Source of the DNA: an uncultured Gammaproteobacteria bacterium
GTDB lineage: Bacteria; Pseudomonadota; Gammaproteobacteria; JACCXJ01
Length of the DNA stretch: 64,000 bases
Direction of reading: 5' to 3'
Assembly (NCBI GenBank): GCA_963764725.1
Contig: CAVXTM010000005.1
Span: 101,009 to 165,008, forward strand
Shown: piece after piece, positions 1 to 11,772 of the stretch
Position numbering within the stretch: the first letter of the stretch is position 1
Layout: each line of letters starts with the position of its first letter
The notes under the pieces: model-generated
Seen by the model: the letters and a program-made list of their open reading frames with translations, nothing else
What the model was told of the DNA's origin: nothing
Database searches by the model: none
Program-made: the position numbers and the translations under genes

Positions 1-741
1 GTCGCTGGCGGCTTTGATGATTTCAACAGAGCGCCGCGCCGATAGGCGGCAGAAGTGGGCGCGTGCGCCCGTTTGTTCGAGCAGCAGGAGATCGCGGCTG
101 AGCGCGATCGTCTCCGCGGTTTCCGGAACCGCCGGTAAACCGAGCCGCGTGCTGATCGGCCCTTCGTGCATTACCCCTTGTGAGAGCCACGGGTCCTCCG
201 GGTGCAGGAACAGGGTTAAATCACAGGTCGCGGCGTATTCCATCGCACGCCGCAGGACCTCGGTATTGGCGATGGGCGACAAGGCATTGCTCACCCCGGC
301 GCAGCCGATTCTCTTGAGCGCGTGCATCTCGGCCAATTGTTCCGCCTTGAGCCCGCGGGTGAGCGCCCCGAGGCAAACCACGCGTGCGCGGCCGCTTTGC
401 TCGGCGCGCTGGTGAATCAGCTCGGCCACCGCGGGCGTATCGATGACGGGATCGGTGTCGGGAGGACAGCAGAGGGTCGTGATACCCGCCATCGCCGCCG
501 CGCGGGTCTCCGTGGCGATCGTCGCCTTGTGTTCTTCGCCGGGCTCCCGAAGCCTGGCGCTAAGATCGACCAAACCGGGGCACACGATGAGACCGCGCAC
601 ATCGATCTCGCGCTCGACGGTAAACCCCTCGGGCAGATCGCCTATCGCGACGATCCGTCCCGCGGCGACATAGAGATCGTGGATTCCATCGAGATTCTGG
701 GCCGGGTCGAGGATGCGGCCGCCTGTAATCCGCAGCCGCAT
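1..741 (-). CDS. pyrC: Dihydroorotase-like protein, PyrC' type (probably non-catalytic ATCase partner); 3' end runs off the window
   Basis: Read by hand from ATG at 741: MRLRITGGRILDPAQNLDG...PGLVDLSARLREPGEEHKATIATET. The metal-binding HxH is replaced by SAR. Directly downstream of pyrB. Confidence 0.85.
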   Translation of the reverse strand, partial: MRLRITGGRILDPAQNLDGIHDLYVAAGRIVAIGDLPEGFTVEREIDVRGLIVCPGLVDLSARLREPGEEHKATIATETRAAAMAGITTLCCPPDTDPVIDTPAVAELIHQRAEQSGRARVVCLGALTRGLKAEQLAEMHALKRIGCAGVSNALSPIANTEVLRRAMEYAATCDLTLFLHPEDPWLSQGVMHEGPISTRLGLPAVPETAETIALSRDLLLLEQTGARAHFCRLSARRSVEIIKAASD

Positions 742-742
742 C

Positions 743-1716
<974 letters not shown>

Positions 1717-1720
<4 letters not shown>

Positions 1721-2223
1721 GCGGCTCTTTGGACTACCAGCGACAGCGGGTCCGGGCCAATGAGCTTGACGTGCTGTCCGGCGGGCAGATCCATCGTCGT
1801 GCCAGCGACATCGGGTTGCATCGGAAGCTCCCGCCCGCTGCGATCGACCAAGACAACAAGCATCACGCTCGCCGGACGGCCATAATCGAAGATCTCATTT
1901 AGCGCCGCCCGAACCGTGCGCCCGGTAAACAGCACATCATCGACGAGTACGATGTGCCGCCCGTCCACATCGAAGGGCAGGGTCGAGGGCCGTACGCTGG
2001 GATGCATTCCGATATGGCTGAAGTCATCGCGATAAAACGCGATGTTGAGCTCCCCGAGCGGATCCGGCAGGCCCAAGTGGCGGTTCAAACGTTCGGCCAC
2101 CCAGACCCCGCCTGTATGGATCCCGACCAGCGCGGCTCCGGGCCGCATCCGGGGTTTGAGGTCCACCGCTATCCGGGTGATTAGATCCAGGACTTCAGAA
2201 TGAGCAATCGCGGTTTTCAACAC
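1717..2223 (-). CDS. pyrR: Bifunctional pyrimidine regulator / uracil phosphoribosyltransferase
   Basis: [22 protein letters not shown] and RELP motifs; overlaps the pyrB start. Confidence 0.95.
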
Positions 2224-2656
2224 GTGGGCCCTTCCAGCTCTCCGAGTGCGGCGCGGGATCGGCGAACCACGTCTCCAGAATCACTTGCGCCGCGATCGCA
2301 TCCACCGGGCCGCGCTTCCTCTCCGGCTCCCGGGAACGGGCCTCGTAAGACGACAGCCGCTCGTCCACCGTATAAACCGGCAGGCCAAAACGGCCCGCGA
2401 GCTGGCCCGCGAACCGCAACGCCGCTGGCGCGAGCGTGTGCTCGCTGCCGTCCATGTTGACGGGCATACCTACCACGATCGCACCGGGCGTCCAGACGTC
2501 GATCAAAGCGTTAATCGCGGACCAATCCGGCCGGCCATCCGAGGCGCGTACCGTTGCGAGCGGATTGGCCGTGCGGGTGATGGTCTGTCCCACCGCCACA
2601 CCGATGCGCTTGGTGCCAAAATCAAAGCCGAGCACGCTGCTCGAGGCGGCATTCAT
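2195..2656 (-). CDS. yqgF: YqgF/RuvX family nuclease
   Basis: [20 protein letters not shown] and DAIAA motifs; follows yqgE. Confidence 0.93.
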   Translation of the reverse strand: MNAASSSVLGFDFGTKRIGVAVGQTITRTANPLATVRASDGRPDWSAINALIDVWTPGAIVVGMPVNMDGSEHTLAPAALRFAGQLAGRFGLPVYTVDERLSSYEARSREPERKRGPVDAIAAQVILETWFADPAPHSESWKGPRVENRDCSF

Positions 2657-3213
2657 GCGTGGCCCGCATCCGGCGCTAGCCGGTCGATATCGACACCGAT
2701 CAAGGCGGCTGCCGACTCCCAGCGCCGTTCGGGCGCTATTTCAAACAAGATCTCCTGATTGGCGGGGCCGTTCAGCCAGGCGTTTTCCGCCATCTCGCGC
2801 TCCAGTTGCCCGGCGCCCCAACCGGCATATCCGAGAGCAACCAACGCTTGCTGCGGCCCGTTGCCGTGGCAGATGGCCTCGAGGATATCCCGAGAGGTCG
2901 CGACTCCACACTCATCGCTGACCTTGATCATGGATTCCCAGTGACTCAGCGGTTGATAGATGATAAAACCGCGCTCGCGATGAACGGGTCCTCCTTGAAA
3001 CACCGGTAGATCACTGATTTTGGGGTTCGTGGGCACAAGCTCCATTTGTGTGAGCACGTCGCCCAAATTAATGTTAGTTGGGCGATTTATTATAATGCCC
3101 ATCGCGCCTTCATCGCTGTGGGCGCACACGTAGGTCACAGTTTTATGGAAGTTAGGATCCGCAAGACCGGGCATGGCGATGAGAAGTTGGTTGGTGAGAA
3201 TGAACGAGTTCAT
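2653..3213 (-). CDS. algH: YqgE/AlgH family protein
   Basis: LLIAMP, DPNF, GGPV, GYAGW and C-terminal AGHA. Confidence 0.95.
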   Translation of the reverse strand: MNSFILTNQLLIAMPGLADPNFHKTVTYVCAHSDEGAMGIIINRPTNINLGDVLTQMELVPTNPKISDLPVFQGGPVHRERGFIIYQPLSHWESMIKVSDECGVATSRDILEAICHGNGPQQALVALGYAGWGAGQLEREMAENAWLNGPANQEILFEIAPERRWESAAALIGVDIDRLAPDAGHA

Positions 3214-3350
3214 AGGTCCTAGTATCCGTGAGGGGATCGCAAAGTCAAGGGTTATCCTGAAAGCCGTTGGTATCGTCGATAAACGCGATGTAAGATGGTT
3301 ATATCGTTTACGCTATGAGCGGGCGGCCGGTGTGGCCGGCCGATGGATTC

Positions 3351-3542
3351 ATGGAACCCTGGATTCCTATTCTCTGGTTTCTCTATCACCTTGCGGTCAT
3401 CGCTTATTTTCAACTGCGCTTGCACGGCGAGGAGCGAGACCGGAAACGAAAACGGCAAGCGCGACGGGACCGGTTGCTGGCGCTCGGCTTCGGGACTCGC
3501 GAGTCCCCGAAACCGCGCGATGAGATCGTGATGCTCGCGTGA
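3351..3542 (+). CDS. Possible small membrane protein
   Basis: 63 aa; hydrophobic N-terminus followed by a basic stretch; no family recognised. Confidence 0.35.
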   Translation: MEPWIPILWFLYHLAVIAYFQLRLHGEERDRKRKRQARRDRLLALGFGTRESPKPRDEIVMLA

Positions 3543-3618
3543 CCGTGTCTCACGGCCTAGGCACTCTCGCGCCGGAACGCAATCCCGGAGCTGGGTATGC
3601 CTGATTCGAAAGACCTTT

Positions 3619-3903
3619 TTACTCTTGCGCCTTGCCGTAGGAATGATGAAGGTAGGTGACGATTCCCGGTACCTCCCCCGGGGGGATGGGCGCCCCCATC
3701 ACGTCGATCATCTTATTCACGCTCTTTTCCCAGCCCGCTGCGTCCAGGAGGCCGGCGTTCATCTCGATATAATCGAGGCTGTGACAGGTCCGGCAATGAG
3801 TCTCGATCAGATCCTTTCCCGGGGCTTCTTGGAGCTTAAGAGTATTCTCCTCGGCGAGCGCTGCCGCCGAAAATGCGCATAGGCAGATTAACCGGAGCGT
3901 CAT
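3619..3903 (-). CDS. Monoheme cytochrome c, SorB-like
   Basis: Signal peptide, CRTCH, W..SV.KM..MGA motif; downstream of a sulfite-oxidase-family gene. Confidence 0.85.
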   Translation of the reverse strand: MTLRLICLCAFSAAALAEENTLKLQEAPGKDLIETHCRTCHSLDYIEMNAGLLDAAGWEKSVNKMIDVMGAPIPPGEVPGIVTYLHHSYGKAQE

Positions 3904-3907
3904 TTTA

Positions 3908-4052
3908 GGGAAGCTCTGCAAAGGTTACTGCGCAGCCCATCTGCTTTGTCGCGTGCTCGCACGTCGCTCGCCTATCTACGTGATATGTCTCGCGACTCGC
4001 TCCGCGGCTTCGCGCATCTGGGCTTGCTCGCGACACTTTTGCAGAGCTTCCC
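3908..4052. mobile_element. 145-bp MITE-like element
   Basis: Perfect 15-bp terminal inverted repeat GGGAAGCTCTGCAAA / TTTGCAGAGCTTCCC; fills almost the whole intergenic space. Confidence 0.75.
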
Positions 4053-4055
4053 AAG

Positions 4056-5270
4056 TTACACCACGTTAAAGCGGACGCGCTGCACCAGGTTATGATGATA
4101 GCCGGCTGGATTCAAGATCAGCTGGCTTCCTTGCGTATCGCCGTTACGGTTGGTGGCCTTCGCCAGCAGCACGTGGTTGCCTTTCTCTAGCGGTGTAAAA
4201 CGGAAACTCCAAGGCCGCCAGGAATATCGGCCGTGATCGCCGTCCAGCTCCGCCGGTGTCCAGCTTCGGCCGTCGTCTTTCGATACCTCGACTTTCTGGA
4301 TCCCGTAGCCGCCGTCCCAGGCGATTCCTTTCACCTCGATCTGCTGGTGCAACAGGAATTCATCGTGGTCTTTGACGTTCGTAAGCAGCGAATTAACGAC
4401 CAATTCGGTGACGGGCGTGTTGGCCTCGCCGGTCTGGGAGCTAAACTCGCGCGTCGCAAGGAACGCTCCTTTGGGGACGCGGTAGGCCGTGCTCATCCAG
4501 AAGCCATCGTAGGGTTTTAAGCCGACTCTGATCGACACCAGATGCTTGACCCAATAAGTGGCCGTCCAACCAGGGACCACTAGGCGAGCCGGATAGCCGT
4601 TCCAATGTGGTAGAGGTTCCCCATTCATCTCGAAGGCGATGATGGTATCCTCGTCCAACGCCTTCCACAGCGGAAGGCTTTTGATAAAGTCCGGTGTCTT
4701 AGCGACGAGCGGCGCATCCGCACCATCGAAGGCGACTTCCAAGGCGCCGTTCCTGAAGCCGACGCGGCGCAGCACATCTGCGAGGCGCACGCCGCTCCAA
4801 CGCGCGTTACCCATCGCGCCGTGACCCCATTGGACGCCCGGCGTGCGCGGCTCGAATAAGCCCCGGCGGTTTCCCGCGCACTGGTTCACGGCCGCGATCT
4901 CTACCTGTTCGAAACCGCGCAGCAACGTTTCTAAACTAAACTCCGAGACGTTCTTGACTGCATCACCCTCGACACGCAACCGCCACGACTTGCCGTCGAC
5001 ACGCGGAATGTTCGCGAGGTGATAGCGGACAAAAAAAGCGTCATTCGGCGTGAAGACCTCATTGAAGTAATGGACTGGCGTCTCGAAATTCGGCGGCCGG
5101 TAGGTGCGCCGGATGAGCGGCTTTTTGCCGGGAAGAAGCTCAAGAGGTGCCGTGGCGAGCGCGTCATGTTCGCCCGCGAAAGCCCGAGCGAGCCTGGGCA
5201 TGAGCGCATCCCCCGCTAGCGCAAGACTGGCTCCGCCTAGACCTTTGAGGAAATCTCTCCGTTGCGGCAT
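4056..5270 (-). CDS. Tat-exported molybdopterin sulfite oxidase family enzyme (SorA-like)
   Basis: QRRDFLK twin-arginine signal, FFVRYH, QCAGNRR (Mo-ligand Cys), GYPARLVVPGW. Confidence 0.9.
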   Translation of the reverse strand: MPQRRDFLKGLGGASLALAGDALMPRLARAFAGEHDALATAPLELLPGKKPLIRRTYRPPNFETPVHYFNEVFTPNDAFFVRYHLANIPRVDGKSWRLRVEGDAVKNVSEFSLETLLRGFEQVEIAAVNQCAGNRRGLFEPRTPGVQWGHGAMGNARWSGVRLADVLRRVGFRNGALEVAFDGADAPLVAKTPDFIKSLPLWKALDEDTIIAFEMNGEPLPHWNGYPARLVVPGWTATYWVKHLVSIRVGLKPYDGFWMSTAYRVPKGAFLATREFSSQTGEANTPVTELVVNSLLTNVKDHDEFLLHQQIEVKGIAWDGGYGIQKVEVSKDDGRSWTPAELDGDHGRYSWRPWSFRFTPLEKGNHVLLAKATNRNGDTQGSQLILNPAGYHHNLVQRVRFNVV

Positions 5271-5841
5271 AGACGCCGCCACCCGTGTGGTTAGAAGGTA
5301 TACCCTAAAGTCTAGCAAACCACTTTCGGTAGTGCTATGGATGACGCGGGCGAGATGGAGGTTCGTTAGCGCAGTCTGGCCTTAATGACACCTTTTTTTA
5401 CCTACGCTCCGTTTTCCGGCGCAAACCCGAGCGTGTGAAGCCGCTGAAGTAATGCTTGCGGTGCTGCAGGAAATCGTGCGTATGGGTTTTAATGTCACTG
5501 AAGCGATAGGCGTGCAACTCGCTCTTCTCCGCGCCTCGTCGCATCCCTCTTCGGCCATCCCAAGACCTGCGCCTATGCCGCTTGACTCGCTTTACTTACG
5601 CAAAGCTTAGTAGCTGGGAATCTTCCCCTACCGTCCCCCTACCGTGCTGTTTTTCCGGACGAATCAGGTGCGTGTGCGTGTTCAATCACACGGGATAGTG
5701 AGTCAGTGAGTCAGAAACTGTGCGCTGAGGCATGGTCGGGGCAGTGAAATGGCCTCGGGAGGCGGTGGTTTCGGTCGAAGGGGCGAAGGGCGTGAATTGA
5801 GGCCGAACGAGAATCCGGGGCGGTGGAAGAAACGTTGTCGG

Positions 5842-6755
5842 TTAGGCGGCTTCGAAAAGATCGCGTCGGCGCGTGGGTGCGCGCGGCGGTGCCCGGGCGG
5901 ACAAGCCGAGATGCGCGAGGATCTGGGTAATCACGGTGGGGTCGAGGATGGCGGCGATGATCGTTAAGGCGCCGCCGCAGTTGGGGCAATGCTCCAGGTC
6001 GATATCGAATACGCTTGAGCAACCGAGCCCAGCTGATACGCGCCGAGGCTGAGGGCTGAGGTATCTCGGCCTGATCTGGCGTGGCCGCGTTGCCTCGGTG
6101 GAGGCGCTTGGGACAATGGCGGGACGCAGCTTGGCGTTGGGTGCAAGCACGCCATGGAACCTGATGAGATGTAAACGCGGACGGGGAACAAGGGCGGGGC
6201 GAGGCGCTGCATAAATTCCAGGGGCTCCATAACGAGCTGCGTGGTGCCATCGTGGTACGGTGTCTTTAACGTGAGCACCACCTGTCCGGTCGGATTGACT
6301 GACAAGCGCTCATTGGCAATGGCGGGCCTGGTGATGTAGCGGCATAACTGTTCGAGCTTGTGCCGCTGTTTGATGGCAAGCCGCGTCTCGGCATGCAGAC
6401 TAAAGCCCTGGGCGTTAACGCAGCGTTGCGCGGTGGCGGGCATCACGGGGAGTGGCGCCGCGGTGGACAATCTGCAAAACCGGCGTGAGCACCTCCCGAT
6501 GGGCGGCGAAGAGCACGCGCAGCGGGATGGGAAACGACAGCTAAATGTGCCGCGGTTTCTGCCATGCGCCGTGCCCCACAGCTCGGACAGAAGGACGCTT
6601 CTTACATGAGAACGCGACGAGCTTCTCATGGCCACAGTCGCCGCAGCGTAGGCGGAGAAAGCCGTGGGCCAGGATGCCGCATTCTAGAAAGGCCTCGAAC
6701 TCGGCTTTGACGAACTCGGGCAAACCGGCCCCGGTCTCGGCTTCGACTGGGGCCA
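5842..6755 (-). pseudogene. Degraded IS91-family transposase
   Basis: Fragments LECGILAHGFLRLRC..C...VAFSCK, GFSLHA..LEQLCRYITRP, CPNCGG; frameshifts and internal deletions. Confidence 0.85.
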
Positions 6756-6861
6756 GGAGAGCCAGGCCCAGGGAGGGGCCTGTAGCGCTACGAGAATTGT
6801 GCGACGACGACTAGTACAAAAATCTACAATTAGTCTAGATAATCCCTGTAACGTATTGATT

Positions 6862-6908
6862 TGGCGCGCCCGGAGGGACTCGAACCCCCGACCACCTGGT
6901 TCGAAGCC
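6862..6908 (-). other. tRNA-Arg(TCG) 3'-half, att-like core
   Basis: Reverse complement GGCTTCGAACCAGGTGGTCGGGGGTTCGAGTCCCTCCGGGCGCGCCA; 5' half absent; IHF-like TAACGTATTGATT adjacent. Confidence 0.85.
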
Positions 6909-7048
6909 GGATGTGCTAATTAGGTGTTTTATTCGAATATACAGTTAGTTACGAATGCCACTCTGTGCTATATTCGAGACTTCACCAACGAGAACTATCA
7001 ATAAGTTACGTTTTCCGATATCTATTGAATAGCACAGTTGCCCAAGCG
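6862..7048. repeat. 187-bp direct repeat, copy 1 (copy 2 at 54765-54951)
   Basis: Ungapped alignment at offset 47903 with scattered substitutions. Confidence 0.9.
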
Positions 7049-7194
7049 GGACGCGGGGAATCCGTGAAAGTAGGAACAGCGGTAGACCTTCGGGATACGC
7101 CGAATTCCGCCCACCCTAGCCGGCGCCCGTCTACGAGCTTAATTGTGTCACCGACCGAGTCTGCCAACGTTTCTGAGCCTGGGGCCTCTTCGGG

Positions 7195-7494
7195 CTACGG
7201 TGTATGCTCGCAGAGCAGCGCCAGCGCGATGCTTTCCCATTCTTGCGCGAGCGCTCCGCTGGCAGGGGGCCGTTTCGCACGCCGGTACCAATAACCGGCG
7301 TTGCCGTCGTCGCCTTCCTTGCGATGCAAGTAGGCATGTACCCAGGCGCTCGCGGCGTCGTCTTCTTGCTGCACGATGTTGTGCGCCTGGTCCCACTCGT
7401 CCTTCGCGTCATGCCATAGGGCTTTAAGCGGGGGCTGTATTCCCCGCGGCGGTGCGGATTGACCCAGGCTTTGTCTAAACTCCTTTAGGTCCAC
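7195..7494 (-). CDS. Conserved hypothetical protein (~99 aa)
   Basis: WDQAH..Q, AWVHAYLHRKEGD..NA.YWY motif; GTG start chosen by hand. Confidence 0.75.
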   Translation of the reverse strand: MDLKEFRQSLGQSAPPRGIQPPLKALWHDAKDEWDQAHNIVQQEDDAASAWVHAYLHRKEGDDGNAGYWYRRAKRPPASGALAQEWESIALALLCEHTP

Positions 7495-7498
7495 GGGA

Positions 7499-8236
7499 GT
7501 GCCCCTTATCCCCAGCGCAACACTGTATGAGATGATCGCAAGTTCTGCGTTGCCCTTCGCACAACTCCGGTCCAGAGGCCACAAGGTCCCCGCCGCGTCG
7601 GAACATGGTCGAGGGAGATTTTCCACGCAGCTCCTAGCAATCGTAGATCGATGCATCGAACTTGACAACGGGGCTCAGCCGCAGATGCTTAACGAGCTTG
7701 CGAAGCCGCTTGGATCTCCGGAGGATGAGTTCGGCGATTTCCTCGTTGGCGACATCTCATGAAAGATGCGTCGGCACTTCCTCAATTGGACGACCCCAAA
7801 GGATGGACTCTACGCAGACGAGTTCGCAGTTTTTATTCCCTACTTTCCCGTTATCGATCTTGCATGGAGGCTAGGCCAAGGGATGCCCACTAGCGATTCC
7901 GCAAATCGGATCCTATCGGTGACTGACGACACCCTCACAGGGTCCCACGAAAAGGAGATGGTTGGCGCAGGCTTCAGCGGGAGACGTGGCACGCTAACGC
8001 GAGCGCTCGTCGTTGCAACGATGGACGAATATGCTGCGGCGTACCTGCTGGATCCGCAAGAGGCGGCCTGGACCTATCAGCATATATGCCGACAGGTGGC
8101 GAGAAATTGTACTGCTCTGAAAGCCGCTGGCGATATCGATGGGTTTGCGTCGCTCCTGGAGGACGTCGTGGACCGCGCGAGAGGACGCAAAAAGAAAGCT
8201 CTCAGCAAGTTGCTTGACCCTGGGCGTGGATCATGA
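7499..8236 (+). pseudogene. Hypothetical gene, truncated or frameshifted near 7760
   Basis: Two adjacent + ORFs (87 and 156 aa) with protein-like composition. Confidence 0.45.
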
Positions 8237-8293
8237 CCGCGGACAAGTGGGCCCGAGTGCTGAAGAGCGCGTGCTGATGGTCGCCAACCGGCC

Positions 8294-9986
8294 GAGGTTG
8301 TGTAAAAACCTAGAGAAGTCCGGGGCTAGTTGGCAAAGCGCATTACGAATATAAATGAGGCGTATCTCGCCGATCGTATTGATCAGTATTTTTCGGTGAG
8401 TCAGCGAGAAATTTTGAAAGACGATCTCAGAGCAGCCGCTATGCCGCGGCCATCGCCTCGCTTTGCGAAACCAGAACCTGGCTTCGGTGTGCGTATGGCT
8501 TGGATCAGTGCTCCAGGGCCCAGAATCTTGATCACGCGTTTGATGTTGTAGGCGAGCACATGAAGACTCATTTCGGTGCTGACCCCGCCCAGCGTCTTAG
8601 TCAGGAAGTGTGTCCACCCCATCCACAGCTTGATTGTCCCGAACGGATGTTCGGCGGTTTGGCGGCGCACGCGCATCTTCTGAGAGTCTCCATCCAACCG
8701 CGCTTGCATCCCCTCGAGGACGGCTTCGTGTTCCCAGCGCCTGACCCGCCGTTCTTTTCCGGTGGTACATTGCGCCTTCATCGGGCAAGCCGGGCATACC
8801 GAGCACCAATAGCACGTGCAGAGTCATGCCGTGCTCGACCGTCGGTGAAGCGCTTGATCAACCGTTGACCCGCAGGGCAGCGGTACTCATCGTCCTGAGC
8901 GATGTAGACGAAGTCTTGCTTACCGAAGCGGCCTTCGGCCTTGCTGCCTGAGGTCAGCGGCTTGGGAACGAAGGTCGTGATCCCGTCCTCCTCGCATGCC
9001 CGGATCTCTTCCCCGTCGAAGTAACCGCGGTCGGCCACCACCGTGAGCGCCTCAATGCCCGTTGCCTCGCGTGACCGTTGAGCCATGTTCGAGAGTTGGC
9101 CCCGGTCACTCCCAACATTGGACACCTCGTGGGCGACGATCAGGTGATGCTCGGCATCGACCGCCGTTTGCACGTTGTAACCCACTATCCCACTGCCCCT
9201 CGAGTTCATCGAGCGCGCATCGGGATCGGTGAGCGAGAGCTGTTGGTCGGGCGCCTCAAGCATTCGGACTTCAAGTGCCTTGAGCTTTTGCATCTGCTCG
9301 CGTAGCGTCGCGATCTTGTCCTGCAGGCGGTCTACTTTGGCTTGCGCCACCTCCGAAGATTCCTGCCGATCCGCAGTGTCGAGTTGAGAAAGGTAGCGAT
9401 CGATGCTCTCCTCAATCTGCTGCAGGCGCCGTTTCATCTTCGCGCCGCGTGAAGTTCCTATCTCGGTTGTTCACCGCTTTGAACTTACTCCCGTCAATCG
9501 CCACCAGCGATTCGGTGAACAGGCTCAGTCCTCGACACAGCACCACAAACTCCCGACATACCCCACGCAGCGCTTTACCGTTGTTCTTGCGGAACGCTGC
9601 AATCGTCTTGTGGTCCGGCATCAACCGCCCGCGTCAGCCACATGACCTCGACGTTGCGTTGAGTCTCTCGCTCCAGACGACGGCTTGACTGAATTCGGTT
9701 GAGGTAGCCGTAGATATAGAGCTTTAGCAGTATCAAGGGATGATAGGCAGGACGACCGGTCGTACGTGGTTCGATACCCCCAAATCCAAGCGCTTTGAGA
9801 TCGAGTTCATCGACGAACGCCTCAATGACTCTGACCGGATTATCCTCGCTGATATACTCATCGAGCCGTTCGGGGAACAATGTGCTCTGGGTTCGGTCTT
9901 CACCTTCAACAAAACGCTTCATGGCTCTGCCGTATAGGTTGTACGTCCGATCAGTATACCATCATATCACGTTTTTACACAACCTC
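8294..9986 (-). mobile_element. IS1182-family element; transposase frameshifted
   Basis: 16-bp TIR GAGGTTGTGTAAAAAC, flanked by GGCC on both sides; GRPAYHP..SSRRLE, DGSK, ADRGY, EHPFG motifs across four ORF pieces. Confidence 0.92.
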
Positions 9987-10544
9987 GGCCAGGAGCCGCC
10001 ACTCGAACATCAGAGGCCAGTGTCTGCTTTGTAGCGTTTTGCTTACCGTTGTATTCGGTGCGGTACACGATCAGCTGGGGAAGCTGATGATGGACTTCAA
10101 GGCTATTAAGGTGTCCGCAAAATTCCCACATGACTTCTAACGGAATGACGACTTCCGATATGACGGTCGATTTAGAAATGGTTTCTCAGGGTTGCTTTCT
10201 TTCCAAAAGCGGTTAGACCAGTGACAGGATCTCTCTCAACGTTCGTAAACCGACCCAAATAAATCCTAGTCTGTCCCTTAGTTAGACCTGCACAAATTGA
10301 ATAATGAGATTAGCCCAGCGTTTTGCAGGTCTCCTCCTGGGTGTGAATATGTCACGGAAAAGATGTGAATATTTCACAGCTAAAACCGATTAAGATGATT
10401 ATGATTTCCACTGATGGGCAAGCATACGTGAAGCTGCATCGCTATCTAGGGCCGGTGAGCACGCCGGAAAATGGAGCTATATACATAGGTACTGTTCAAG
10501 CGAAGGAAAGCGCCGCAGATGATTTACGGGTTTGCTCGGAAATC

Positions 10545-10610
10545 GCCTAACATCGTGTTCGAAAGGGACGCCGCACACAGCGCGGTGCCGCTCAACTTAG
10601 ACGTTTAGGC
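10545..10610 (+). other. attC-like recombination site
   Basis: GCCTAAC...GTTCGA...CCGCAC/GCGG...TCAAC...GTT(T)AGGC; R'' overlaps the stop codon of ORF 10365-10550. Confidence 0.7.
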
Positions 10611-10641
10611 CATGTTGTGCGATGTCTTAAAGGAGAACGCT

Positions 10642-11079
10642 ATGAAGACGACAATTTTGATTGGTGCTATTGGTGCGGTGTTGTGTGGGAATGCGACTGC
10701 AGTAACATTGCCACCTACGACTACGATACCGGTGTGTATACGAGATTAGTACGGAAACCAGTATGATAAGCTAGTTTTTGATGTTCCGAATAGGATAATC
10801 ACAGGTATTGCGCATCAGAACCAGTGTGGTGCGGACTGGCCTATGATCGGATCATGGGATGTCGATCCTGCCGGAAAAATAATCATGGAATTGTCTGTTG
10901 CCAATACCCCCAATAGTCCATCGTGCGTGGACATGTACAAGCTGCGGGGTGTTTATCCAAAGGCCACTTGGAACTATACCAGCGGTTTTGGTAGTCAGTC
11001 ATTTAGCTATGTAGCGTGTACAGCGCGCGCGCCGTTATTTTTTGATACAGGAGTTGGCGGGGCACATGGGCCGAAATGA
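10642..11079 (+). pseudogene. Cassette-borne secreted protein with one in-frame TAG (10748-10750)
   Basis: AGGAG RBS, signal peptide MKTTILIGAIGAVLCGNATA; frame continues into ORF 10843-11079; lower GC. Confidence 0.65.
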
Positions 11080-11121
11080 ATGACTGATGGATGTTCTATA
11101 TGTGGTGGTGATGGCAGCCGC

Positions 11122-11174
11122 GCCTAACCATTGCGCGGAGTGGGACGCGCCTTGATCGGCGCGTCCCTCACGCT
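11122..11174 (+). other. Truncated attC-like site
   Basis: GCCTAAC followed by the hairpin GGGACGCGCC-TTGATC-GGCGCGTCCC; R' box missing. Confidence 0.55.
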
Positions 11175-11314
11175 ATGGGGTCGGAGTTGCGCCGAACTTG
11201 TGATAGCCGGCGCAGCGCCGGCTCATCGCTGGGTTCGAGTCGGCACCGCTCGGCTCACGACTCGGGAATTAGGGGTTGCCTCAGACCCAGTCTGTCCCCA
11301 AAGTGTCCCTGAGT

Positions 11315-11770
11315 CTAACGCACCGGCCTATAAGGTGCGTCGTAGCGCCTGATCTTGATCATGGTCGGGTCGTACTCCTTTGCCCGGAGGAATGACTCAA
11401 CCGTCTTTCGTCCGATCTTCTCGTCCTGCGCTGGACCGATCCATACCTCGCTTAGCCAGACATTACCGTTGAAGGCGATCTCGCGATATGGCACCAACGA
11501 ACCATGCGCGTCCGCTTTGAACAACGGACTGTCTTTGCCTGGAATTGGTACAAGGATCAGACGCTGCTCATTCTCCTCTCTGAAAGCAATGTGTTTGCTT
11601 CTCACTGCGTACTTCGCCGCAATCATCAGAACATAGTTGTACGCACGGTTAATGGTGGTGAGCTGATCAGATTGAGGTAGGCTGCTCCACCCCTGTTCCA
11701 GCGTAGTGCAGAGTTTATCGAGTCGTCCACAAAAGTCCTGCTCGACTTCGTTCGGACCGTACTACACTGA
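11315..11770 (-). pseudogene. DUF2971-like protein, C-terminal fragment
   Basis: KH.AF..E.E.R and IGP motifs; N-terminus lost at the IS110 remnant. Confidence 0.6.
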
Positions 11771-11772
11771 CG

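Noticed and set aside
5626-5645. Tandem CCCCTACCGT repeat at the island's left edge as an integrase arm site
   Set aside because: Suggestive, but no core or partner site was found, so it is too weak to call.
10748-10750. In-frame TAG as pyrrolysine or stop readthrough
   Set aside because: No supporting machinery in the window; a nonsense mutation or base error in a decaying cassette is simpler.
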